Shown here piece by piece: positions 46,501-59,580 of a DNA stretch of 64,000 nt. Under the pieces are notes generated by a model. It was not told where the DNA came from and ran no database searches. It was given only the letters and a program-made list of their open reading frames with translations. This DNA is from Eledone cirrhosa (Eukaryota), in contig OZ024741.1 in assembly GCA_964016885.1 (NCBI GenBank), positions 148,304,001-148,368,000 on the forward strand, read 5' to 3'. The position numbers and the translations under genes were made by a program. Within the stretch, counting starts at the first letter, position 1. Every line of letters begins with the position of its first letter.

Positions 46501-48676
46501 AATTACTAAAACAGAAACAAATTCAAGGTACGACCAATATTCTATCATATATCTCAACACACAACCCAAGAAATGCGGAAGCTTACAACACTATTCACAA
46601 GAACATCCCACTATTGAAACAAGACCCAAGAATGAAAAAAGCCCTTGAAACACACAAAATAATCAAAAGCAAAAGACAACCAAAATCACTGAAAACATTA
46701 CTCACCAATGCCAAATTACCTACCACAAACCCACAACCAACTGTCAAAAAATGTGGTCGCTCTAATTGTGGAACTTGCACTCACCTCATTGAAGGCAACA
46801 CGTATACATTTCAATCAGGACAAAATTTTGCTGTAAAAAATCACTTCACTTGCTCATCAAAAAATCTAATTTATGCCATTAAATGTAAAGGATGCAATGA
46901 AGATTATATAGGACAAACTAAACTCACACTCAGAAACAGAATGACAGTTCATCGCCAACAATTACGAGATCCAACCACGAGACAGATACCACTAAGCGCG
47001 CATCTAGACATATGCGCAACTAATAAGACACCCAAATTCCAAGTCTTCCCATTTTACCTTTGCGCTGACAATACAACAGAACAAATACGAATAAATAAGG
47101 AAAATATGTTTATTCAAAAATATAGACCAGCATTAAATATGGTTTAATATACATTATGTCAACACCATAACATGCTAACCATCCAAACAGACGCACACAC
47201 ACACACATAACACCTTCTACTTTAGAAAATAAAAACCCGAACTAAATAAACCTTAACATACGTTTGCGCTGACAATACAACAGAACAAATACGAATAAAT
47301 AAGGAAAATATGTTCATTCAAAAATATTTCTACTAACGGAATCATTCCCCCCCCCCCACACAAAATATATATTCTCTTCATCTTAACATGCTAACCACAC
47401 TCCCACACACACATAACACCAATACACACACACATACCCCCCCCATAACCCCTTCCCCCATTTCTACTAATAGAATCACTTTCCTACAAACATACACACA
47501 CACAAAATATATATATTCTCTCCATCTTAACATACTCCCACGCACACACATAACACCCATATATATACACACACACACCTCCCTCCCCCATTTCTACTAA
47601 TAGAATCATCTTCCTATACACACACACACACACGCAAGCACACAAATAAAGATACATATCTCTATTTTCTTTATTTCAATAGAAAGTCTGAATTCTGACA
47701 TTCCAGCGAACCAGCCATATTCACTGAACCAGAACAATTCTACCATCCCATTTCCCTTGACCATTATCTTTTGTTTGTCATAAAATTCTCTAAAAGGCTA
47801 CAAAATAAAGTCCCAAATATGGGCGCGAAATTTAATGAACTTGTTCACGTGACAGTCATAATTTCATTTATAACCAATCAAATTACATTTATTTAAAAAA
47901 GCCTTCGTGAGCCACTTTTTTTAAAGTAAAAAGAAATTCAAACAAACTGACGCGAAAGCTGATCTGCTTATTCACGTGACTGCATCAACCAACCAAACTT
48001 CACTCATATATGAAAAAACAACCTGCCATATTCACTGAACCAGAACAATTCCCCCCATCCCATTTCTCTTGACCATTATCTTTTGTTTGTCATAAAATTC
48101 TCTAAAAGGCTACACAATAAATTCCCAAATACGGGCGCGAAATTTAATGAACTTGTTCACGTGACAACCATAATTTCATTTATAACCAATCAAATTACAT
48201 TTATAAAAAAAAGCCTTCGTGAGCCCCTTTTTTTTAAGTAAAAAGAAATTCAAACAAACTGGTGCGAAAGCTGATGTGCATCAACCAACCAAACTTCACT
48301 CATATATGAAAAAACAACCACCTTGTTTGAAGAACTTTGTAACGCGAACTGGCGCGAAATTTATTATACTTATTGACCAACCAATCAAATTACTTCTCTA
48401 AAAACCTGGCGTTTCGAGCCACTTTTTTCCATATAAAACAAGTAACACTCTAAGACCAACCAGATGTGAGAAAAACCACAGACCTTCCATCTCAACTCTA
48501 CTTTTGAAAAGCAGAAGAACTGCGAAACCGGTAAAGGAACCAAATAAATATATATATATTTAAAAAAAAATAAGACTCCAGTTGCATTTTCTATTTCATC
48601 TTTTTTTCTTTATACTTTCACTCGTGTAGGACACCTCGGTTATTTTTCATTTTGTAAAAAAACCTCACTTTCTAAT
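43511..48676 (+). mobile_element. Penelope-like element, Neptune-type, with inverted 5' pLTR pieces (43511-44150), partial direct pLTR (44157-44420) and a 3' pLTR with an internal duplication (47685-48676)
   Basis: RT 45306-46295 (LYGLPKIHK, LRPIVAG, FDVVNLYT, GAAMGT, RYLDD, LPFLD); GIY-YIG 46614-47147 (CGRSNCGTC, NLIYAIKC, YIGQT). Several stops; (TA)n flanks. Confidence 0.9.
48501..48536 (+). ncRNA. Minimal hammerhead ribozyme with U3-A8 core variant; copies at 44247-44282 (+) and 43579-43614 (-)
   Basis: CTT-TTGAAAA-GCAG(AAGAA)CTGC-GAAA-C-CG-G-T-A^-AAG. Confidence 0.6.
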
Positions 48677-49528
48677 ATATATATATGTGTGTGTGTGTAA
48701 AATATTTTTTTAGATCTGCTTCAATTTTCGTATTAGCTCCTTGGTTTATGCCGGTGTTACTGGCGGTGGTGTTGAAAGACATACCTATTATTCCATCCTC
48801 AATTTTGAGTAATTGAATTTCCTTCAAAACAACTTCAGCGATTTCCTAAGCCATCTTCTCACGGCGACTGGTTCTTGCTCGATAAACTGTTGAGCGGGAA
48901 ACCGAGCAGACACATTATGATCAAGACTCTTCGCAATGGCAATGTATGAATGGCGCCAAGAGATGGCTTTAATTGTGGTGATTTTCGGGGCGGTGATGAC
49001 CTGAAGATTTCATCATCATCATCACTAATAGCTGAGCTAGATGATGAACTACTTTCTCTCACTTCTTGATTTCTTCATCCTGCTTTCTCTTTCTTACTTT
49101 CATATCACGAATTTTCTTTTCTTTCCTCTAAATGGCTCTGACTTGATCTGCATCAACACCAGCCAGAAGTGAAGACATCCGATCTTCCCGCTGTATCTCA
49201 AGGAAAGCTCTGTCTTCAGATGGGACATCCATTTGTTTGAGAACATCCTGGTTTGAAATGTCAAAAATTTGCTCAAGATCACCTTTCCAAATGCTTTGTC
49301 AGTCATCCTTGACTTTTCTTTTTTCTGTCCTTGATATTCCTTATACAATTTCTCGATTGAAGTGCGGATGTTTTGTTTCCGGTTCTGGTAGGGATATTTG
49401 CTTTTCTCCACACTTCATGGATCTTCTGGTAAGTGTTTTTTTATGGCAACTGAAATTGATGTTACCGACGTTATCAAGCACAGCAACATACGAATCTTTG
49501 CAGATGATTTCAGAAGATCATCAACGGA

Positions 49529-50960
49529 GTGGGAAACAAAACATGCCTTCAATTAGATCTACTTACTGTTATCCAATGGGTGGGAAAAAAACAATATGCT
49601 ACTGAACTAATCCACTTTGGAAAAGAGGGTGCACTGAAACTATCATATTCTCGCGGGTGGACCAGAGCCATACGGACCCCCGAAAACCATGATGAATTAA
49701 AGAAAATGATCGCACATACGGTGGGGGCTAGTATAAAACTAACCCTTAAGGAACATATGTTCAAATTTAATGGCAAAACAAATGCCCAAGAGGAGGGGAC
49801 AGCCATTGGCGTTAGCATTGCAGGTGACATAGCTAACCTCTTTATGCTATGGTGGGACAGAAGACTTAAGGAACAATTAGACGACAATTTTATAACCATG
49901 ACTATGTACTCCCGCAAATAGCTAACTCCATCCACCAGAGTATTAAAGTTACTATAGACTACCCAAATAAACACCCCAACCATAGATTACCCGTACTAGA
50001 CACAGAACTCTGGTTGGAAACTATTAGTGATAGAACGCAAATCCTCCATTCACCTTATGCCAAACCTATGACCTCCAAATACCTGATCCACCGAAACTCA
50101 GCTGTTTCGGACCACATAAAAATCAACACACTGATTGCGGGCTTAGTAAGAGTGATGAGGAACGTGTCCCACATGTGCAACCCCAAAGAATTAGAGAGAC
50201 ACATACAACACTTCATCCATCGCATGCAGTTCTCTGGCTACAACCAGAGAGACAAGATCAGGGTATATAAAGGAGCTAGAACCAAATGGGCAAAGATTGT
50301 AGAAAATGATGCAAATGGACTTGCCCCATGTATATGAGCAAATTTTGGAACAGAATAGAAAGGATTAGGAATAAGGCAAATAAAATAAACTCATGGTATG
50401 ATAGCAATGAATATCAGAGTGTGATGTTCGTCAATAGAACATCTAGAGACGAACTAGTTTATAGATTTAGAAGGGCCCTAGACAAGCTCAAATTAAATAT
50501 TAAGATAGTTGAAAGACCAGGTATTCTCATAAAAACCCTAATTAGTAAAACATACCCATTTCAAAGACTCCCATGTGCTGATAGGAAATGCATAGTCTGA
50601 AAGCTAAGCCCGCAAATTAACTGCAAAACTCGGAACGCAGTATATAGCATAAAATATACTGAGGGACAGTGTAGGAATAAGAATATAATATACATAGGTG
50701 AAACAGCCCGTATCATAGGAGAAAGGATAATTGAACACTGGCGAGAACTCCAGGATGGAAAAAACTCATCAGTACTCCACCAACATGCCAAAATAGAACA
50801 TAGGGGCACATTAGAGAACATAGAAATAAAAATTCTATCCACACACAGAAAAGATGCAATGCTCAGACAAATCACAGAGGCAACAAATATAAACGAACTC
50901 CCCAACCAAAATTAAACAGAAAACATGAGTGGAATAGCAACATCACAACTAGTAATTAAG
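49529..50960 (+). mobile_element. Degenerate Penelope-like RT plus GIY-YIG fragment of another family
   Basis: FKFNGK..QEEGTAIG..IAGDIANLFM, LPVLD, YAKPMTS, NCKTRNAVY, YIGETAR..GERI.EH; frameshifted. Confidence 0.75.
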
Positions 50961-51553
50961 GACAAAATGAAGACATACAGACACACACAAAAACCAAACT
51001 AACAAAACAAATCAGACACACACAGATAGAACAAATAATAATAAATCTCCTTATAATATATAACCAGAAATTTCTCTGTCTGTCCGACGCGTAGAGAGAG
51101 AGTGAGAGTGAAAGAAAGAGACAGACTACAAGAGGGGGGTAGCAGGAGGGAGAGAGAGAGACGCTGGAAGAGGGGAAGGAAAGCTATGTCTTGCTGTCTG
51201 CATTACGATACATATATATATACACACACACACTGAGCGCGTCATAATGACGTAATGCATACAGACAGATATTATAAGGGCGCAACGTTATATCTATGTA
51301 TCTATCTAAAAAGAAAGACTAAGAATTATATAGAGAGAACGCTAAATCGCCTAATGCGGTCCCTAGGGCATTGAAAATTTTAAATAATTTTTGCTCAAAA
51401 CACTCACAGGACCATAAGTATTACATGTCTAAAGTTTGAAAACAATCGGTTGGATGGTTCTCAAGTTTTAGTGAGCTGACAGACAGACATTCTCTGTTTT
51501 AGATATATAGACTAGCAGAAAACCGCCCCACCCCCCGGGTGGTTTTCTGCTAG

Positions 51554-52888
51554 TCTATATATATAAAACAGAGGATGTCTGTCTGTTTGTCTGTGTAAAT
51601 CCCTAAAACTCGAGAAGTACCCGACCGATTTTTTTCAAACTTTACATATGCGTTACTTATATTTCTTGAAGTGCAATGGGCTACAAAAATTAACTTTTTT
51701 CTGCCCTAGGGCTCGCATTAGGTGAAAAACCGCATTTTAAAGGCATTTTAAGGCTTTTTTGAGGCGTAACTTAAAGATAATCCAGCTGATTTCCTCGAAA
51801 TGTGCACCACACATTAGTTAGTCCCCTCGCATTGCTGTGGACAAAAAAAAATTCCGATTCCATTAACGATTTCTAGGAAATTTACGAATTAGCATTGGGC
51901 ATTACATGCCATTTTCATTTTCAATATAAACGCTACTTAAACATCGTAAGTAGCGTATAATATTTCGATAAAAATTTGATTTATTTAACAGAGGACACAA
52001 CACTTACTTACTTTTAAGCAGGACCCTTTTCGGGGGATTGAGGAAATGAGGAGAACCTTAAAATTTTTGTCGGCGCCCTGTTGACGCTTCGTGCTTTCTT
52101 CACGTGCAGATCCGGACCCTGTGTACGTTGCCGTGTTATTGACACCGTAAAACTCACGTCTGTGCTACTTCTACTAAGACCCCTTTTGTTGCACCTACAC
52201 TGCAGTATGAACGCCCTGCGCAAGTACGCCGAACAGCGGTTGTGCTAATTCCGCGGTGACCCCTTTTGTCACACCTTTGTTGCTGTGTAAACGCGGTGCA
52301 ACCAGTGCCGCCCAGCGTTTGTGCTAATTGCACTATGACCCCCCCCCCCCCCCCCCCCCCTCTGCTGCAGCTGCGTTGCCACGCTGATTTCGTCATCTCA
52401 ATATCCCTACTTAAACGTACATCCCTACTTGGTTTTCACACAATTGACTACGTCGCTCCTTCAGACTGACGTGTGTTCCCCATCCGTGACGTATTTCGTG
52501 AACAGACTTACGACATACATCGCCCCACAACATTTACTTACTCCTTTCGCATACAGGATTTCCGCAATCAGTCCACTGTCCGGATGACTGGGTGCGAATC
52601 TATAAAACTCGAAAAGTACCTAACCGATTTTCTCCAAATGGAAGAAAAATCATACTCAAAGATTTAGTACACTTAAAGAGTATCCAGCTGATTTTCTTCA
52701 GATTTTGCACATGCATGCAGATGTTTCATGATTCGGCCTGATGGTGTTCTACGTTTCCAGTGTGATGAACAATCATTCCCTGAGAATAAGGGAATTCAAA
52801 AAGTACACAGCTACATTCCTTAATCTTTGCATATGCGTGTTGCTATTTCTCGTTTCCTACCCCGTGCAACGCCGGGTCCTGCTGTTAG
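51554..52888 (+). mobile_element. Non-autonomous Helitron-like element
   Basis: 5' TCTATATATATAAAA followed by (TCTG)n; 3' CCCGTGCAACGCCGGG hairpin followed by TTAG|T. Confidence 0.6.
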
Positions 52889-52990
52889 TAAATATATAAA
52901 ATAAAACACACACACACGGATATAACGCATTCGCAAACTAAGCACACAACACACAAAAACAAGATGGTGTAGGACAGAACAAAGGAGAGA

Positions 52991-53190
52991 NNNNNNNNNN
53001 NNNNNNNNNNNNNNNNNNNNNNNNNNNNNNNNNNNNNNNNNNNNNNNNNNNNNNNNNNNNNNNNNNNNNNNNNNNNNNNNNNNNNNNNNNNNNNNNNNNN
53101 NNNNNNNNNNNNNNNNNNNNNNNNNNNNNNNNNNNNNNNNNNNNNNNNNNNNNNNNNNNNNNNNNNNNNNNNNNNNNNNNNNNNNNNNNN
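52991..53190. other. Assembly gap (200 N)
   Basis: Run of N. Confidence 1.
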
Positions 53191-53460
53191 TCTCCTTGCC
53201 TCTCCCACTAGTTCTGGAGGTCCTATAGAAACATATAATATGTTGATAATTTTGGAAAAGCTACTAACGTCACATCTGTCCAATGTCTTCTCTGAAGTCA
53301 ACAGAGCTGATCATCCATTAATAGATAACTTTAGTCTTTGGTTTGTGCTGTAGCTTTCGTAATTAGACCAAGAGTGATACCCTGCAAGTGTATAAGTCAT
53401 TCCCAGGGGCGTGGGTAGCCAAGTCAGATCCCCATGATAATATACGTAAAAATATTAAGG

Positions 53461-53615
53461 GTGGTGGCTTGACAGAGTTGGTAGAGCGTCGGATAAAATG
53501 CCATTGGGCGTATTTCTTTTGGCACCTTACATTCTGAGTTCAAATCCCGCCAGGGTAAACTTTGTCACTCATCCTTCCGGGGCCGATAAAATTAAGTACC
53601 AGTCAAGTACTGGAG
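53461..53615 (+). mobile_element. tRNA-derived SINE; related copies at about 55864-56022 (+), 56400-56510 (+), 60868-60985 (+), 54830-54965 (-), 61570-61710 (-)
   Basis: A-box-like TGACAGAGTTGGTAGAGCG and B-box GAGTTCAAATCCC, followed by a shared core (CATCCTT..GGG.CGATAAAA..AGTACCAGT..AGTACTGG). Confidence 0.8.
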
Positions 53616-56600
53616 TTGTTATTTAGAAATCAACTAATATAAACATATAGTATCATCAACATTTTTTTTTTTTTACTAAATCAAAAATATATTCATAATA
53701 TTAATTATAGGGGAATTTATCTTGCCTTATGACTAGAAAACACACCAATCATGCAGTTACAATTAAGTTCACGTACAAATAGAAACGGCTTGGGTCTTAA
53801 AACCGACCTAGACATCCGAATATACAAGCCAAGTAAGGTGTTTTTAAAAAGGCCAACAGTTAACTATGCAAACAAACTCCTCTCTCCACGTCATTGATAT
53901 TACCCAGGGAAAAGGTAAAGGCAGATACAACTTGGCTCTAGTGACTTTTAGGCAAACTAAGAATGCAAAGGACTAAAAAAGATACCGCAAGGCATCATAT
54001 CTCGCGTTCTAGCAATACCCTTTATTTCACGTTGCTCCAGTCCAGTAAGTTGGTAAAAATAAATTACGACTATATTATACCTTTTCTTTGAACAATATTG
54101 GTAGCATGGAGAGGGGAGACTGGCGTGTTTAGGCAACTGCTGTTCTTCCACAAGGCTCCTACTTTGAAGAGGAACCTTCTAGGTGCAAAATCCACGGTCA
54201 GTCATGACCGAGTGGTGTGTGTTGTTTAAAACTGGTAATAATAAACACTGTATTTCCCGGCATTGAGTTAATTAAGTTAATTTTGAGTTGATAAACTTTA
54301 AAAAAAAATGATCAGCTTAACATAAAACGAATTACGTAACCTTCGGCCGCCAAGACGGGGTAAATTTTCCAGATTTATTAAAAAAAAAATAATAATCGTC
54401 TCCCACGCCGAGAAATGCGGTAAATATTGGTAATAAAAAGGGGTAGTCAATCGTGCATTTAGTTAATAGAAATAATCGCGAAGAATTTTTTTTTATTGAC
54501 TCATAAAAAGAATTGATTACACATTCGGTTCCTGGAAATAACTGATGTATATTAAAATCAACATGTGTGTCACAAGACGTTTATTAATGCAAATACACTA
54601 GCATATTGTGTAGAGTTGACAACGTAACAACAGGAGATGACAGTTTCAGACGTTAGTGCAGTTGGCGTTGAGGAAGGAGGGATTGGCCAGTATCGACGGC
54701 GACGAAGAAGTCTTTTAGGTATTCGCTGATTTGATGATGGTGGTGGGGATAATAACAATAATTGTTTCTACTTTAGGCACAAGGCAGGCAATGTGAAGGG
54801 GTGGGGAAAGTCGATTAAATGGACTCCACTGGTGCATTATTTTATCAACCCAGTAAAGATGAAAGGCAAAGCTAACCTCGACAGGATTTGAATTCAGATC
54901 GTAATTGGGCGCAACTCTATGCAATAAAGCATGTTGTCCGACGCTCTACCGATACTGCCAATCCACCACTATAATAGTAAAAGTAGTAGTAGTAGAATAG
55001 CATTCAAATATCTCTCCACCCACAGTGTCTTAAATAATGATGATGATGATGATGGATTCTCTATCAGTTTCGACGATAAATTATTTGGTCACAGAACGCC
55101 CAGCTTGTGAATTAATTTGTAGGTGGTTGAGTATTCCACGGACACGAGTACCCTTAATGTAGTTCTCAGGCATAACCAGCATAATATTAAATGTGGCAAG
55201 GCTAGACTTTGGAATTACAGGTACATACCACCCGACAAGTTTCCACACAGATTCTGTCTTCCCAGTTTGGGTCAAGCCGAGGCTATGGTAAATAATACTT
55301 GCTCATGATACATTTTGTTACTATAGTCTTAGATATACAATGTATCTAGAGAAGAACGAAGTGGTTACGGCCGGAGCGCTTTTGATCGAAGGTCTGCTCA
55401 GTCAGCGCTGACCTAATGTTAAAGAAAATTGTGAAATTCCCTCAAATTACGACTTAGTTTCTTCAAAAAGGAGAAACTTTTGATAGTTGTAGATATGCAC
55501 ATTTTAGCTCGAGACGGGCAGGTTGATCATTGCTAGAACATCTTTGATAAAAAAAATCTATTCATTCGGGACTGGCCATGGGTTAAACAACAACAAGAGT
55601 ACAAGGAAAGAGAACGAGGGGCTGTAGTCAAATCCCTCTAAAATTACACTGCACAGCTTTAAAAAAGGACTCTGTGTGTAATGTAGTCTCTTGCACACAT
55701 TAAAGGAAAAAGGAAAATATATATTATATACTTGATATGTTATAGTGCGGCAGACAGGATTCACACCAAAAAGAGAGTCCGTTGCTTAAACCCTCACGAA
55801 ACAAGGATAAGCTCGGGTCAGGTGAAAGAATTTTGATTTGCGTTTTGGTTTAACTTTCACTATAGGCGGCGAATTAGCAGAGTCGTTAGAATGTCGGATA
55901 GAATACTTTATGGTATTCGTTGCGACTCTCAGCGTTCTGAGTTCAAATCCTGCCGAAGTCAACTTTGCCTTTCATCCTTTCGAGGTCGATAAAAAAAAAT
56001 GCCAGTCTAGTACTGGGGTTGATTGTTCCTGTATATCTCTTTCTCATTTCCTCTCTCTTCACTTTTTATCTTTCTCTGGAAGAAATCTGCTGTACTCGGG
56101 TTTGGAGAAGGATGGGGTCCGCCAGGCTTAAAATGCTTAAAATGCCGTATGTCAATACGGCGCCCTTCGACTCTATCAGAAATTACGGGACCATACATAC
56201 ATAACTTTCACTATACATTTAGCTGAGTCGTTACGATGTTGGATTGAATCGATGGTGGTATTTGTTTCAGTATTCAGTTCTCAGGATTCGTTTTCACGGA
56301 CCTGACTTATTAAAATAAGTGAAAACAACACTGATGTCAAATATTTGCAGAAGAGAATGGTGTATATATGGAAAAAAAGTATTACAGAATAAAGCAATGA
56401 ATTGGCAGGGTTGTTAGAGTGTCGGATAGAATGGTTTGTGGTATTTATTCCGATGCTCTGCGCTTTAAGTTCAAATCCCGCCGGGGTTAACTTTATCGCC
56501 CCGATTGAAAAAATGAATGACAAAATATCATTCTTTTGTAGGAGAGGTATTTTACTCTTCTTGAGAGAGAGATAGTGAGAGAAAACACAATATATGTTAG

Positions 56601-57031
56601 AAGGTAAATCGATTCGAAACCACATCATTCTTTCAATCGCCATTACTAAGACATTTTTTGGCGTTGGGTGCTGCTGCTGCTATTAATAGTAAGTATATGA
56701 AATAGTTTTCTTACAAAGCATGTAGTTTATGCAAATTAGCTTCAGTTTTATCCCCGTTTGACCACGAATAAATAAATAGATATTTAAAATTGTAAATATT
56801 GCTTATAAAACATAAATTGTCGGATCGTACTAGTAACGAATTTTTAGCAGGCTGTCTTTAATGTGAGTATATTCAACGACTTCAATCAAATTTTTGCATC
56901 TAAAGTCGAATGGCAATAATCATACCTTATACCTTCATTGGAATAGCGTTAGAGTAATCTCTTTTTTTGTTCTTCTCTTTAAAGCACATAGAAAATCTAT
57001 ATTCTTCACAAGTTTTACTTTTTCATTGCAG

Positions 57032-59539
57032 ACAAGACCAAATGGACCAAGAAAACTATAATAATGAAATAATGCAAAGAATAAACTCTTTATTGGACAA
57101 TACTTTAGATTTAACGTGTTTGACATCTGGAAGTGTGCCGACAGAGCAATTTCGAGGTATCATTTTCAGTATCTGTAGCGAAAATTAACAACGTATGTTA
57201 TTAACGTAAAACTTACCTATTGTGGTTTTTGTATTTTCAGATGCCGGTCTTTATTCTCCCGCATCAGGAGTTCCTCCTTCCAATTCTTCAACCCCATATT
57301 ATCCATTTAATGCGTCGCGGTCAGACAGCAGCACTACATGTAATTTTATTTTAGCTGTTTATTTTGTCAATTCTTTAATAAATAGAACTCCAACGTGAAA
57401 CTGAAAAAAACTAACAGAACCGTTGAAATTTCTTACAGATTATACCCCAGAACGACACTCGAGTGCACGCGTGGTGTCATCACACAATTCTTCCAGGTTA
57501 AGTTTATATTCTAACTTCAATTTTATCGTATTTGTTAAACAATACGCTTACTTGATTTCTTTATCATTATTTTTTTCACCTTTTTTTTTTTTCTATTTCA
57601 GCGACTATGGCTCGCTTTCACCTTTCAGTCCTACCTCCAAATGTATGTCTCCAGTAGAGAGGTTACTCTATAACCAAAGTCCCAAAGCTCGCTCGCAACC
57701 AGTGCAATCTGATTATGAAAAGTCACTCTGTCATGCTGATATTGATACTGCCACATTAGTAGATCTAATGGTAAATATGTACACACGCGCACATACACAC
57801 ACATGGCTTAGTTATGATGATTAGATCAAGATCATAAGGACGTAATTTCGATTCTCGGAGCGGGTGGCGAATGTCTTCGAGCAAGATGCTTTATTTCACA
57901 ATGTCCCAGTTCACTCAACTGGCAAAAATAAGCTGTACCTGTAATTTAAGTGACTAGATTTGTCACGTTTAATCACACCGAGAACTATGAGTGCACATGC
58001 CTGTTGAATGCTCGGATACGTTAACTTCATAGACAGTTCGGTTGATTGAATCAACTGGAATATTCATCGTCTGAATCGACGAAGGTCTAACATTTTATAT
58101 CTAAAGAATTGAAGGTTTAAGGAGCGTGTAGTAAGGTTGAAATTTAAGACCATACGTTGCTTGATACACTGTCTACCACAACATATTAAGTATAATATAG
58201 TTGAGACGGAAAAAATGAAAGAATCGCCCACGGGAATTGAACTCCGCTTGTTTCAATCCCCGATTTTATTTAAACATAGCTAATATGCACTGTAGCAGCC
58301 TTTGCATCAAGTAAAACATACCCTTAAAATATTTTATGCAATTTTCAGTAATTGATCGGAAAGATCAATATTATTATACGGATGAATGTTTTTCAGTGCA
58401 CTCTAAATATCGGTTCAACTAACCAATATGAAGGTAGCAACAATACAACGCAATACCAACATCCTAGCCAAGTAGCAGTCACATCGGCTATAACTAATGC
58501 AACAGCGACCCAGCCTTTACTATCTGCCGATATCTGGACTGACAGAATATGGACAATGAATCCTTTATTTTATAGCCCCGACCCCTTGGCCGTGGACCAA
58601 GCGGCCAAATTGCACAGGAATGCCGCAGGTAAGTTTTACAAATGTTTCGGAGAACTATTTGAAACTTCGGAAATTGTATTTATTTGGTAATTGATTTGAT
58701 CTGAGACGTATGTGCTGAAACTGAAGCACCATGGAAGAGCCCTTTAAGCCATTAAAAAGTTCCGCACAAAAATGTTAAATTTAGTTTTAATTTATCACGT
58801 ATTTCTTGGTGTCAACATTTTCGTTGCATTGGTTACGGTCCGATCATTTTAGTTTTACTGCAACTAGATGTGCATCGAACATTTTGACACCAAGAAATAA
58901 TTGTTTGAAATAATGTAAAGTGAATTTAACAGTTGAAAAATATTTTTTTCGAGTTGCTAAAATGACTTTTCTAAGATGTAATCACTTGTAAACCGTACGA
59001 TGAAAAAAAAAAAAAAAAAAAAAAAAAAATATCTATATATATATATATATATATATAAAAAATATATATATATATATATATATGGAAAGTTATATTTAAA
59101 ATTGTTGGGTTACAACTAGTAAATATTTATAACTGATATAAAAGCACTCGACAAATATTTGGAGTATATTTACAATATTAAATAAATGGAGACTATATTT
59201 ATAAAACCATATTTATTTCATTATATATATTTCGGGGATATCATATTAACAATATACTATGCCTTCCTCAGACAAAATACAATATAAACAGTTTTATAGA
59301 TAAATATATTCGACATACCGTAATAACACCGACTTGCATTTGGAGAGGTTAAAACTGCCCGTCTTAACCTCTCCAAATGCAAGTCGGTGTTATTACGGTA
59401 TGTCGAATATATTTATCTATAAAACTGTTTATATTGTATTTTGTCTGAGGAAGGCATAGCATATTGTTAATATGATATCCCCGAAATATATATAATGAAA
59501 TAAATATGGTTTTATAAATATAGTCTCCATTTATTTAAT

Positions 59540-59580
<41 letters not shown>

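Noticed and set aside
52885-53301. 138-aa ORF
   Set aside because: Artefact spanning the N gap.
53461-53555. tRNA gene
   Set aside because: A and B boxes are present but there is no cloverleaf. It continues into a repeated core seen in many copies, so it is a SINE head.
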